Shown piece by piece: positions 9,624 to 19,517 of a stretch of 64,000 nt of DNA; position 1 is the stretch's first letter, and every line of letters begins with the position of its first letter. A program made the position numbers and the translations under genes. A model generated the notes under the pieces. The model was given only the letters and a program-made list of their open reading frames with translations, had not been told where the DNA came from and made no database searches. The DNA is from an uncultured Acidimicrobiia bacterium (GTDB taxonomy: Bacteria; Actinomycetota; Acidimicrobiia; Acidimicrobiales; JACDCH01), in contig CAWGFA010000012.1 of NCBI GenBank assembly GCA_963821725.1, positions 64,229-128,228 of the forward strand, written 5' to 3'.

Positions 9624-9887
9624 GTGCGGCGTCGGATCGTGGTCGAAGGTCGCGTTCAGGGCGTGTGGTTCCGCGCCAGTGCCGAGCGGGAGGCGGCGAG
9701 GCTCGGCATCGCCGGGTCGGCGGCCAACCGGTACGACGGTTCGGTCGAGCTCGCTGCAGAGGGCGACGCCGATGCGGTCGCACGCTTCGTGGACTGGGCG
9801 CGTATCGGCCCGCCGCGCGCGGTGGTGACGAACGTGCATGTCACGGACGAGGAACCGAGAGGCGTGCGCGGGTTCGACGTCCGATGA
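9624..9887 (+). CDS. acyP: acylphosphatase
   Basis: Tail of ORF 8946..9887: VRRRIVVEGRVQGVWFRASAEREAARLGIAGSAANRYDGSVELAAEGDADAVARFVDW. The VQGVxFR signature is present. The start is GTG 9624 or TTG 9612. Confidence 0.8.
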   Translation: MRRRIVVEGRVQGVWFRASAEREAARLGIAGSAANRYDGSVELAAEGDADAVARFVDWARIGPPRAVVTNVHVTDEEPRGVRGFDVR

Positions 9888-9907
9888 CCCCAGCCGGGCG
9901 GCTGCGG

Positions 9908-10522
9908 TCACCCGGCTCGTTGGTAGGTACCGACCAGGGTCGTCGTTGCGGCTTTGCGTTGCATGAGCATCGACACGGCGCTCTTTCCGGAGACGCCGTC
10001 GGTCAGTCCACTCGGCTCGGTCAATGCGTACAGCGTGAACACGTAGTGGTGCGGTGACCCCTTCGGCGGGCACGGCCCCGTCCATCCGACCTTGTTCGTG
10101 CTGTTCGTGCCTTGGACCACACCATCGGGCACCGTGCCTTCGGCGATCGCCTGCACGCTCGGATCGATCTTCGCCATGACCCAGTGGATGTAGTTGTTGG
10201 CGTCTGGATCCGTGAGGGTCAGCGCGAGCTCGACGGTACCGGTCGGAACGGATCCCCATGCGAGCGGGGGCGACACGTTGTCGCCGTCACACGTGTGCAC
10301 GACGGGGATCGGAGCTCCCGCTGCGAATGCGGGACTGGTCAGCTCGAATCCGGTCGTGTTCCCCGTAACGGCGCCAGCGACTTCGCCTGGCGCCGTCGTC
10401 GACGACCTCGGCACGGGCGGCGCGCTCGCTCCCGACGCCGGCGCCCGCAACGTTCGTCCGTCGCTTCCACACCCGGCCACGACGACGCAGGCGCACAGCA
10501 GCGCCCACCACAGGCGCTTCAT
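9908..10522 (-). CDS. YbhB/YbcL (PEBP, Raf-kinase-inhibitor-like) family lipoprotein
   Basis: Intact ORF with a signal peptide and lipobox (VVVAGC). The C-terminal part reads GPCPPKGSPHHYVFTLYAL, typical of bacterial PEBP. Its ATG overlaps the DUF885 stop (ATGA). Confidence 0.85.
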   Translation of the reverse strand: MKRLWWALLCACVVVAGCGSDGRTLRAPASGASAPPVPRSSTTAPGEVAGAVTGNTTGFELTSPAFAAGAPIPVVHTCDGDNVSPPLAWGSVPTGTVELALTLTDPDANNYIHWVMAKIDPSVQAIAEGTVPDGVVQGTNSTNKVGWTGPCPPKGSPHHYVFTLYALTEPSGLTDGVSGKSAVSMLMQRKAATTTLVGTYQRAG

Positions 10523-12130
10523 CCGAACAATGCGCGCTCGGCCAGCGCGATCGGCATGCCACCGGAGCCCGCGACCCGGTCGTGGAACTCACGCAAGCTG
10601 TTCTCCTGGGCGAGCCAACGCTCGCGCAAGCGCTCGATTTCGAGTGAGCCGGTGAGGTACGAGGCCGCCTGCGTCGGCCACGCGCAGTAGCGCGTGACCT
10701 CGACGCGAGCCACTGCCTCGGTCAGCGGCGAGTTCGTGTGCATGTAGTCGACGGCCTCGTCGAACGTCATGTCGCCACAGTGCAGGCTCGTGTCGGCCAC
10801 GATGCGCGCGGCGCGGAAGATGCGGGCGGCGAGATGACACAGGTCCTGCGAGGGATCGGTGAAGAAGCCCTGCTCCCGCATCATGCGCTCGGCATAGAGA
10901 GCCCAACCTTCGACGAAATACGGCGTGGTCACGAGGCGGCGGATCGGCGTCGCGTCGGCCTGCAGCCACGCGAAGTGCCAGTGATGTCCCGGGTACGCCT
11001 CGTGGACACTGGTGGTCGCCATGTTCGCGTAGCTGTTGTCCGCGAGCCGCTCGGCGAGATCCTGTTCGGAGGTTCCGTCAGGCGGGTACGGAACGTTGAA
11101 GCGTCCCTTGAGGCTCGGGCGCATGGCCGGAGGTTGGAAGTACGAGGCCACCGCGAGCACTGGCCGCTGGAACGGAGGCGATGGCTCGACGCTGCATTCT
11201 TCCCCGTCGGGGAACGACACCAGGTCGTGCTCGTGCAGGAAGGTTCGGGCCGCCTCGGTCCAGTGCTCGTACCCCTCGCGCATCTCGCCGGGCGTCATCG
11301 GACGGTCCTCGTTGACGGTGTCGAGCCGGGCGCGCCAGTCCTCGTCTCCCCACGCGTCGCGGCACAGCGCCGCGCAGCTCGGTGTCCAGCGATTGGTGTT
11401 GCGCGCGACCGCGCTCGCGCAACGACGCGGCGTCGTCAGCGAGCAGTTCCTTGTCGCGGAGCAGCGCGGAGTAACGCTGCTCGCCGAGGGCCCAGTCGCC
11501 GGTGGCCTTGTCGGCCAGGTCGGTGAGGAACGCGGCGAAGGACTCGTACGCTGCGGCCGCGGCCGCGCCCGCCTCGGCGATCTCGGCTCGACCCTTCTCG
11601 TCGGACACCTCCGGCGGCAGCAGGTCGCGGCAGTACACGATCGCGGCCCGGCACTGTCCCAACGCGCGGTTGCACGAGCAACTGGCTGGCGAGTGCCGGG
11701 GTCGAGGTTGGCACGCCCCTGGTCGAGCACGCTCGCGACCTTGGCCGAGACGGGACACGGCATCGCGCACGAGGTCGGGTTCGGGATGCAACCGCCGCAC
11801 GAACAACGAGAACACGCCCATGAGACCGGCAGACACGTACGAGTCCGGATCGCGGCGCCACCGTTGCCACTCGCGGGTGATCGTCGATCCCCGCAGGCTG
11901 CTGAGGACCAGGTCACGGTCGATGCGTTGGTCGGGGTCGAGGCCGTCGTCGCCGAGCGCCTCGAATCGCTGGATCCAGTCGTCCTCGGCTGCCTCCCGCC
12001 GCGCCCAGCCTTCGGCAGACAGGTCCGGCAGTCGGTCGTCGCGCCCGTCGGCGCCGTGGAAGCTCGCGCCGGTGGGGGACTCGTCGAACATCCACTCGAT
12101 GTATTCGTTCGTCAGTTGCTCGATCGTCAT
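10519..12130 (-). pseudogene. DUF885 family protein, at least four frame disruptions (about 11746, 11698, 11668, 11374)
   Basis: The N-terminus comes from ORF 11078..12130(-) (MTIEQLTNEYIEWMFDESPTGASFHG...). The middle pieces fall in two other frames (AKVASVLDQGRANLDP, then ALASQLL). The C-terminal 300 aa come from ORF 10519..11916(-) and include HEAYPGHHWHF, the DUF885 zinc-site-like motif. Confidence 0.8.
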
Positions 12131-12133
12131 GGC

Positions 12134-13359
12134 CTAGATGTACCCCCGGAGACGGCTTGCTTGTGCAACGCGTTGGATGCCGATCGCGAACGCTGCCTGG
12201 CGCATCGTGCAGCCCCGCTCTCGTGCGAATGCCGACGTGGCGAGATAGGCCCGGGTCATGTAGTCGTGGAGCGCCTCGTCGAAGCGCGCCTCGGTCCAGG
12301 GCATCTGCTGGATGTTGCGTGTCCACTCGAAGTACGAGCCGGTGACACCGCCGGCGTTGGCGAGGATGTCGGGGACGACGTCGACCCCGCGGTCGTGCAG
12401 GATCTTGTCGGCGTTCGGAGTGGTCGGGTAGTTCGCAGCCTCGACGACGATGCGGGCGCGCACGTGGTCGGCATTGTCCTGATGGAGCTGCTCGTCGAGC
12501 GCCGCCGGGATCAACACGTCGCACTCGCAGGTCGAGCAGTTCCTCGTTGGTGATCTCGTCGCCTTCGCTGAGGCCGGTGAGGCCGGTGAGGTTGCCCGCC
12601 GACCGGACGTGCTCGACGAGCTTGTCGACGTCGAGACCGGTCTCGTCGATGGATGCCTCCGGACCGGTCCGACACGGCCACGACCCGACAACCGAGGTTC
12701 GCAGCTTCGATCGCGGCCCACGAGCCGACGTTGCCGAAGCCTTGGATGGCGACGCGGAGGCCGTTCATGTCGAGCCCGTGTTCCTGCGCGTACGCGGCGA
12801 GCACGGAGATGACGCCGCGCCCGGTCGCCGCCTCCCGCCCGGGCTGGCCCCCGATCGACAGCGGCTTCCCGGTGACGATCGCGGGGCTGTAGCCGTGCGA
12901 GGCCGAGAACGCGTCCATCATCCACGCCATCGTCTGCGCGTTGGTGTTCACGTCGGGCGCGGGGATGTCGCGGTAGACGCCGATGACATGGCTGATCCCG
13001 TTGGTGAACCGGCGGGTCATGCGTTGCAGCTCGGTCGGGCTCATGTCCGTCGGGTCGACGGCGATGCCGCCCTTCGCGCCGCCGAACGGGACGTCGAGCA
13101 GCGCCGTCTTCCACGTCATCAGCGACGCCAGCGCTCGTACCTCTTCGAGGTCGGCCGTCGGGTGATACCGGACGCCACCCTTGTACGGCCCGCGTGCGCC
13201 GTTGTGCTGCACGCGGTAGCCCTGCACCACCATGAGCTCGCCGTTGTCGAGGCGCACCGGAACCTGGACCGCGATCTCGCGATACGTCGACGTGAGGATC
13301 GAGTGCATCTCGTCGTCGAGATCGACGAGGCGTGCCGCTTCCTCGAAGTAGCGGTTCAC
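12134..13359 (-). pseudogene. Glu/Leu/Phe/Val dehydrogenase family (glutamate dehydrogenase-like), two frame disruptions (about 12655 and 12527)
   Basis: ORF 12511..13359(-) contains GPYKGGVRYHP and VPFGGAKGG. A short third-frame piece reads SIDETGLDVDKLVEHVRSAGNLTGL. ORF 12134..13393(-) supplies CDVLIPAALDEQL...ANAGGVTGSYFEW.... Confidence 0.85.
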
Positions 13360-13485
13360 GGCTTGGAACGCGGTCAGCCCTTCTCGTGGCCACGACCCGA
13401 TCCTGTCAGTTCCCGGTGCGCCGATCGGTCACCGTGTCGGTAGCGTCTGGGGGCCAGTTCCGCGGTATCGGACGAAGCGATTCTC

Positions 13486-14394
13486 ATGACACCAACTGAC
13501 CAACTCCGTCTGCTCACCGTGCACGCCCACCCCGACGACGAGTCGTCGAAGGGCGCCGGCTCGGTCGCCCGGTACCACGACGAGGGCGCGCGGTGCGTGC
13601 TCGTGTGCTGCACCGGTGGCGAGGCCGGCTCGATCCTCAATCCCGGCGATGGACACGTCCCGAGGTCCGGGCCGACCTCGCCGGCGGTGCGCCGCCGCGA
13701 GCTGGCGACCGCGGCGGAGATCATCGGCTACGACGAGGTCGTCTGGCTCGGCTACCGCGACTCGGGCATGCCCGACACACCCGAGAACGAAGACCCTCGT
13801 TGCTTCGCCCGGGCCGACCTCGACGAGGCCGTCGGACGGCTCGTCGAGATCATCCGGCGTGAGCGGCCCCAGGTGATCGTCACGTATCCCGACCGCCAGG
13901 AGGGCTACCCGCACCCCGATCATCTGCGGGTGCACGACATCTCGGTCGTCGCCTTCGACGCCGCCGGCGATCCCGATCGTTATCCCGACGCGGGCGACCC
14001 GTGGCAGCCGCTGAAGCTCTACTACTCGATGTGGTCGGGCAAGCGGATCAAGGCGATGCACGAGAAGATGCTCGAGCTCGGCATCGAGTCGCCCTTCGAC
14101 GAGCGGTGGCTCAGCCGTCCGTCGCAGGACGATCGCATCACGACGACGCGTCGAGATCAGCGCGTACTACGGGCGCCGCAAGGAAGCACTGCTCGCGCAC
14201 GCCACGCAGATCGATCCGAACTCGCCGTTCTGGTTCGCGCTGCCCGACGAGGTCGCGGCCAGCGTGCACCCGTACGACGACTACATGCTCGCTCGAAGCC
14301 TCGTCGACAGCTCGGTCCCCGAGGACGATCTCTTCGCCGGGGTGCGAGCGCACCTCGGCGAGCCGGTTGTCTACGATCCCGGCGCCCGCCAGTA
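13486..14394 (+). pseudogene. mca: mycothiol S-conjugate amidase Mca (PIG-L/LmbE family); three compensating 1-nt insertions at 13642-13686 and a frameshift near 14148
   Basis: The N-terminus LRLLTVHAHPDDESSKGAGSVARYHDEG matches the Mca N-terminus as I recall it. The frame-corrected text reads ILNPAMDTSEVRADLAGVRRREL. After 14148 the true frame gives ...VEISAYYGRRKEALLAHATQIDPNSPFWF...DDLFAGV... and stops at TAG 14392-14394. Confidence 0.8.
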
Positions 14395-14420
14395 GCAGAC
14401 GTTCGGATCGGGGGAGCGGC

Positions 14421-14808
14421 ATGGCCAAGTTCCTCACGCAGGAGTGGCTCGATCTTCAGAAGGATCTCGCGCAGGAGCTTCCCGGAGCGACCCGGTGCGA
14501 GCGCGCGCATGCAGTACAAGGTCACCGGCGCGCCGGACGGCGACGTCGACGTTCCACACCGTGATCGAGAACGGCAAGATCCTCGAGAACGCCTGGGGGA
14601 GGACGAGCAGGCCGAGTTCACGATGACCGTCGGCTACGACGACTTCGTCAAGGTGAGCAAGGGCGAGCTCGATGCGAACGCGGCGTTCATGCAGGGCAAG
14701 ATCAAGGTCACCGGCAACATGGGCAAGGTCATGTCGCTGATGCCCTTCACGCAGAGCGCCGAGTACAAGGCCGTCGCCGAGAAGGTCAACGAGTCCACCG
14801 AGTACTGA
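14421..14808 (+). pseudogene. SCP2 sterol-binding domain protein, three frame disruptions (about 14484, 14553, 14596)
   Basis: The gene is assembled from four pieces in different frames. They are MAKFLTQEWLDLQKDLAQELP, then ERPGASARMQYKVTGAPDGDVDV, then FHTVIENGKILENAWG, then EDEQAEFTMTVGYDDFVKVSKGELDANAAFMQGKIKVTGNMGKVMSL. The last piece carries the classic SCP2 C-terminal motif. Confidence 0.7.
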
Positions 14809-14810
14809 CG

Positions 14811-15196
14811 CTACGAGCCCTTTGGCGACGACCTCGATGTCGAGCCGTCGATCGGGGTGGTCGCGGTCGTACGCGTCGATCCGGCCGGCTGGTCGGTGAG
14901 GAACACGAGCGTCGACTCGCCGGGGTGCAGCGTGCCGGTATCGATGGACGTGCTCGTCAGGCCGTGGTCGCCCGTGCCCTTGTTGACGACCGTGATCGCG
15001 TCGCCGACCTGCACGCCGCACCGAGCCCGGCGTGATCCCGTTGTCGTCGACGGTCACGGTCGCCCGGCTCGTGAAGTCGAGGCTGGCGCCGTCGTTCGGA
15101 CCGGGGACCGCGGCGCCTTCGTGGTGACACCCCGCACCGAGACCGACGGTCGCCATCAGGAGCGCGATGACCGCGAGACGACGGACCCGACTCATG
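14811..15196 (-). pseudogene. small secreted lipoprotein, function unknown (weakly cupredoxin-like), frame-disrupted
   Basis: It starts MSRVRRLAVIALLMATVGLGAGC (lipobox) in ORF 14434..15462(-). It continues in ORF 14811..15014(-) as VQVGDAITVVNKGTGDHGLTSTSIDTGTLHPGESTLVFL. The 3' end is unresolved. Confidence 0.4.
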
Positions 15197-15666
15197 CCAA
15201 GGCGACGGTAGTGGACGTGTGGGCGCGCGAACGTGCTGCTCAGCTGTTCGCGATCGTCGAGCGCGCACTGCCGGACGAGGGACTCTTCGAGGAGGAGCTC
15301 GCGTTCTGTTGCTGGAGCGATGACGGTGTGGTGCTCGGACTCGCGTCCGGTGACGGCGCGGTCGCGGTGAACGTCGCCGACGAGGGACCGCGTTCGAGCT
15401 CGGGACCTGTTTCGCCGCGCTGGCCGAAGCCGACCCGACGGTCGCGCTCGGCTACGCCTCACACTCCGTCAACCGTCGTGGTTGGATCGGGCCGATGGCC
15501 ACCGATTCGACCCGGCAGCACGGCGGCGTCGGCTCGGCGTCGCTTGCCTGCCTGTGCGAAGACATGCAGGCGTCGGGGACGAGCGAGGCCGAGATCGCCT
15601 GGGTCGGCCCGGTGCGGTTCTACGCGAAGGCGGCGAGTGCTCGCGTGTCGCGGGTGTTCCGCTCGC

Positions 15667-16519
15667 TCACGCTGCCTCGGCCCGCTGCAGCTCGCGGAGC
15701 TGGCGGTAGCCGATGAGGCGGGCCCCGCTGCGTTCGAGCAGCGGTGCGCAGGCCACCGTCGTGCACCACGAGGTCGTGGTCGTCGACCCGCGCCGCCCAG
15801 TCGGGCGCGAGCGCGCGCAGCTCTGCGGTGTCGACCGCGGGGTGCACGTAGATCTCGGTGACGCCGGGTCGCAGGTCGCGCACGATCCGCTCGACCGTGC
15901 GCCGGCTGCCGACTCCTCGGACGTGCACGAAGTGGTCGGGGAACACGACGCCTGCCTCGCTGCGCCAGCTGGCGGAACGGAAAGCCGATCAGGCGCTCTG
16001 TCGACTCGCCGGACAAGCGCAACGGAAGCCCGAACTCGACCGCGAGGTCGAGGTAGACGTCGAAGAACTCGGGCCGCAGCTGCAACGCACCCATGTGCGA
16101 GTCGAGATGGCTGACGTCGAACCCCCACAGGATCGCCCGCTCGACCTGCGCGCGCAGCTCGCGGCGCACCTCGTCGAGGTCGGCGTGATCCCACACGTCG
16201 TCGATCGTGCGCGGAAAGCCACCGTCGCCATCGAGCAGCGAGGGCGCGTGGGTGATCGGTCCCCAGCGGTAGAGGTCGTACTCCGCGTTGAGCGTCAGGT
16301 GTACGCCGACGTCCTCGCCCAGGTAGCGGGACGCCGCCTCGCGGGCCCACGGGCACGGCACCATCGAGCGTCGAGCTCGTGGCGAGGCCGTCGCGGAGCG
16401 CCTCGAAGCAGCCGACGTTGGCGGCGTAGCTCGAACCGAGGTCGTCGCAGTTGATGATCAGCAGCCGATCGTCGGGGCCGTGGCCCAGCCGTTCCGCGAG
16501 CGTCGTCACGGCGAAGCAC
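15667..16519 (-). pseudogene. ChbG/YdjC family carbohydrate deacetylase, three frame disruptions (about 16375, 15950, 15735)
   Basis: Pieces: VTTLAERLGHGPDDRLLIINCDDLGSS, then MVPCPWAREAA...HLDSHMGALQLRPEFF, then VFPDHFVHVRG...EIYVHPAVD, then LLERSGARLIGYRQL. The DDxG and HxDxH motifs of YdjC are present. Confidence 0.7.
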
Positions 16520-17044
16520 GCTATCCGCCTCCCGGCGACGTGGAATCCGCCGCACGCGCCCCACAAGCCCGATCGAGCGGCCCGGGCGGCGCGCTGCCGC
16601 GCCGTCGATCTCGACACGGTGCGCGGTGTTGGGCGCGATCGCAAGCGGGCCGGCGAACCCGTCCGTGCACCATCGCCAGGTCGACGAACAACCCGTCGCT
16701 CGCGGTACACGTAGGCGAGCAGCCGGCCGTAGACGTCGCGCGACTCGCGGTCGCGCTCGAGCCGCACGGCTCGTGCCCGGTGGGATCAACTCAGCAAGAC
16801 GGGCCGACGCCTCTGGCCCGAAGCACTCCACCGGGTGCCGGGTTTGTGGGTCTCGGGGGTGTCGATGCCGATGAGGCGCACGTGTTCTTCGCGAGTCGCC
16901 GACCTTGGCCACGATGGTGTCGCCGTCGATGACGCGCACGACCGTCGCCCGTCCGTCGGAACCGGCCGCGGCGCTGTGTCCGTCACCGTGGGCGCAACCG
17001 CATGCGAGGAAGGCGGCGACAACAGCGGCGAACCATCGGTACAT
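16520..17044 (-). pseudogene. thermonuclease (SNase-like) family lipoprotein, at least three frame disruptions; 3' end unresolved
   Basis: It starts MYRWFAAVVAAFLACGC (lipobox). SNase motifs are spread over three frames: VIDGDTIVAKV, EEHVRLIGIDTPE, DVYGRLLAYVY, GLWGAC. As sequenced, the last frame reads straight into the ChbG start with no stop codon. Confidence 0.6.
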
Positions 17045-17193
17045 GAGCGTCGTCCTCTCGTCAGGTGCGGAGGAAGACCGTTCACCGCCGGTCGACGAGC
17101 GTGTCCCGATGGTACGGGAGGGGTGTGACATCGAGCGGGCCCGGCCCGGTCTGCACGCGTGCGGAGGGGAGGGACGGCAGGATCGTCGGGGAA

Positions 17194-17242
17194 CCTCGGG
17201 TCGATCCCGGGGCTGTGACCCCGCAATCGCACCAACATTCCG
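17194..17242 (-). repeat. REP-like hairpin element family R, copy b
   Basis: The minus strand reads CGGAATGTTGGTGCGATTGCGGGGTCACAGCCCCGGGATCGACCCGAGG. It lies in the divergent spacer between the nuclease start and the cupin start (32 nt from ATG 17274). Confidence 0.7.
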
Positions 17243-17273
17243 GAGGGGTTCGTCGCGCCGCCATCATTGAGCG

Positions 17274-17639
17274 ATGGACGCGCCTCCCGTTCGCAACATC
17301 CACGGCATCTTGGCGTCGCTCACCGACCTCTGGTCACCGAGGACGGTCGCCGTCGTCAACGACTACGACGTGCGGGTCGTCAAGGTGCAAGGGGAGTTCA
17401 CCCGACACAGCCATCCGGAGACAGACGAGTTCTTCCTCGTCCTGTCAGGACGGTTGACGATTCGGATGGACGCCGGAGACATCGTCCTCGAAGCAGGCGA
17501 TTGTTCCGTCGTGCCCCGAGGCCGGATGCACCAGCCGTACGCGGACGCCGAGACGACGGTGCTGTTGTTCGAACCGAGTGCAACCGTCAACACGGGTGAT
17601 ACGCCGAGCACGCTGACGGCGGAGCGGCGCGTGGTCTGA
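17274..17639 (+). CDS. cupin domain protein
   Basis: Intact 121-aa ORF. Cupin motifs: FTRHSHPETDEFFLVLSG...GDCSVVPRGRMHQP. Confidence 0.8.
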   Translation: MDAPPVRNIHGILASLTDLWSPRTVAVVNDYDVRVVKVQGEFTRHSHPETDEFFLVLSGRLTIRMDAGDIVLEAGDCSVVPRGRMHQPYADAETTVLLFEPSATVNTGDTPSTLTAERRVV

Positions 17640-17668
17640 CTGTGCGGCCGACTGGTCGGGCCGTCCCC

Positions 17669-18856
17669 TCAGACGCGTTGGAGGATGGTCCCCGTCCCGA
17701 GGCCACCGCCGCAGCACATGGTGACGAGCGCGTTGGTGCCGTCGATGCGCTCGAGCTCGTGCAACGCCTTCGTGACGAGCACTGCACCCGTCGAACCGAG
17801 CGCGTGGCCGAGGGCGATGGCGCCGCCGTTCGGGTTCACCTTCTCGTGGTCCGGGCTCAGCTCTCGTTCCCACGCAAGGACGACGGATGCGAATGCTTCG
17901 TTGATCTCGGTGAGGTCCATGTCGTTCATCGACATTCCGGTTCGCTCGAGCAAACGATGCGTGGCGTCGATCGGGCCGGTGAGCATGAGAACCGGATCGC
18001 TGCCCACGAGGCAGGTGTCGATCACACGCGCTCGAGGCTTCAGACCGAGCGCATCGGCCTTGGCCCGCGTCATCAGGAGGACGGCGGCCGCGGCGTCGGA
18101 GATCTGCGACGACGACGCGGCGGTGTGGACGCCGTCGGGCCGCGCGACCGGCTTGAGGTCCTTGATTGCTTCGAGCGTCGTCTCGCGCAAGCCCTCGTCG
18201 CGCTCGACGCGGTGCGTCGTGCCGGTGGGTTTGCCGTCCTCGCCGAGATCGGGCGCGTCCATGGGGACGACCTGCGTGTCGAACCGGCCCTCGGCCCATG
18301 CTCGGGCGGCACGCGCCTGCGACTCGACGCCGAGCCGATCGGTGTCGTCGCGCGTGATGCCCCACTTCTCGGCGATGCGCTCCGCGCCTTCGAATTGCGT
18401 GGTCCACTCGTACCGCGAGAAGTAGGACTTCGGGACGGCCTTGCCGACGTCTTTGCCCAAGCTCGAACCCATCGGCACCCGGCTCATCAACTCGACGCCG
18501 CAGGCCACCGCGACATCGACGACGCCGGACGCGACGAGGCTCGTCGCCATGTTCGTGGCCTGTTGGGACGAACCACATTGACTGTCGACGGTGGTCGCCG
18601 CGGTCGAGATCGGAAGACCGGCCGTGAGCCACGCCGTGCGGGTGATGTTGAAGCCCTGCATGCCGACCTGGCTCACGCAGCCGCCGACGACCTGGCTCAC
18701 TTCAGCAGGATCGATGCCCGAACGGTCGATCAGCTCCTTCTGCACGATCGACAGCGCATCCGCCGAGTGAAAGGTCGACATGCCGCCACCTCGGCGACCG
18801 ATCGGAGAGCGGACCGCCTCGACGATGACGACTTCGTTGCCGTTGAGCTCAGACAT
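17669..18856 (-). CDS. acetyl-CoA C-acyltransferase (thiolase)
   Basis: Intact. Start at MSELNGNEVVIVEAVRSPIGRRGG. Active-site regions: VDSQCGSSQQA (Cys), NPNGGAIALGHALG (His), CCGGGLGTG (Cys). Confidence 0.9.
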   Translation of the reverse strand: MSELNGNEVVIVEAVRSPIGRRGGGMSTFHSADALSIVQKELIDRSGIDPAEVSQVVGGCVSQVGMQGFNITRTAWLTAGLPISTAATTVDSQCGSSQQATNMATSLVASGVVDVAVACGVELMSRVPMGSSLGKDVGKAVPKSYFSRYEWTTQFEGAERIAEKWGITRDDTDRLGVESQARAARAWAEGRFDTQVVPMDAPDLGEDGKPTGTTHRVERDEGLRETTLEAIKDLKPVARPDGVHTAASSSQISDAAAAVLLMTRAKADALGLKPRARVIDTCLVGSDPVLMLTGPIDATHRLLERTGMSMNDMDLTEINEAFASVVLAWERELSPDHEKVNPNGGAIALGHALGSTGAVLVTKALHELERIDGTNALVTMCCGGGLGTGTILQRV

Positions 18857-18882
18857 GCTTGGCAGCCTACGGCCGAGGCGTT

Positions 18883-18930
18883 CTTCGGGTCGATTGCGGG
18901 GCCATGACCCCACGATCGCACCAACATTCG
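18883..18930 (-). repeat. REP-like hairpin element family R, copy c
   Basis: The minus strand reads CGAATGTTGGTGCGATCGTGGGGTCATGGCCCCGCAATCGACCCGAAG. It begins 10 nt after the YeaQ-family stop (18941) and ends 27 nt before the thiolase start. Confidence 0.75.
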
Positions 18931-18940
18931 CAGTCGACGC

Positions 18941-19210
18941 TCAGTAGCGGCGGCGGCCTCGTTGGTTGAGGCCGAGAGCCTGCATGCCGAACAGCAGCAC
19001 GCAGGCGCCGACGAAGGCGACGAGGATCGACCACAGCCCGAAGTCGGTGATGCCGTGATCACCGATCAGGTTGAAGAGCGCGCCGCCCAGGATCCCGCCG
19101 AGGATGCCGATGGCCATCGTGCCGAGGCAGCCGTAGCGCTCGGAGCCCGTCGCCCGCCGAGCGAGCCCACCGGCGAGCAGGCCGACGACGATCCATCCGA
19201 TGACGCCCAT
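18941..19210 (-). CDS. GlsB/YeaQ/YmgE family stress-response membrane protein
   Basis: Intact 89-aa ORF with the characteristic glycine-rich TM helices: GWIVVGLLAGGLA...IGILGGILGGALF. Confidence 0.85.
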   Translation of the reverse strand: MGVIGWIVVGLLAGGLARRATGSERYGCLGTMAIGILGGILGGALFNLIGDHGITDFGLWSILVAFVGACVLLFGMQALGLNQRGRRRY

Positions 19211-19221
19211 TCGGCGTGACG

Positions 19222-19415
19222 CTAGTAGCGCGGTTGCTCAGGCCGGCGGCGCGACGTCGGGCTGCCTCTTCCCGGCGCTGGTCGGCCGTCGTCTTGCGCG
19301 CCCGCTGCAATGCCTGACGCGCCTCGGCCACGCCTTTGCGCCCGATCAGTTTCGTGGCCTCGTCGAGATGCCAATCGGGCTCCGGCGGCTCGAGCAGGTG
19401 CAGCTGTCGTTCCAT
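19222..19415 (-). CDS. small hypothetical protein, 3' end unresolved
   Basis: ATG at 19415 gives MERQLHLLEPPEPDWHLDEATKLIGRKGVAEARQALQRARKTTADQRREEAARRR. As sequenced, this frame runs on across the YeaQ gene, so a stop is probably hidden by an indel. No family recognised. Confidence 0.25.
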
Positions 19416-19517
19416 GACTCCATCTTCCCCAGGGGGTGTGACAGTCAAGCCAGGGAGCCGGCGTGCTATTCCCGAGCACCTGCGGCACGCCGGAGGCGCA
19501 GTTCGTGCTGCCGTAGG

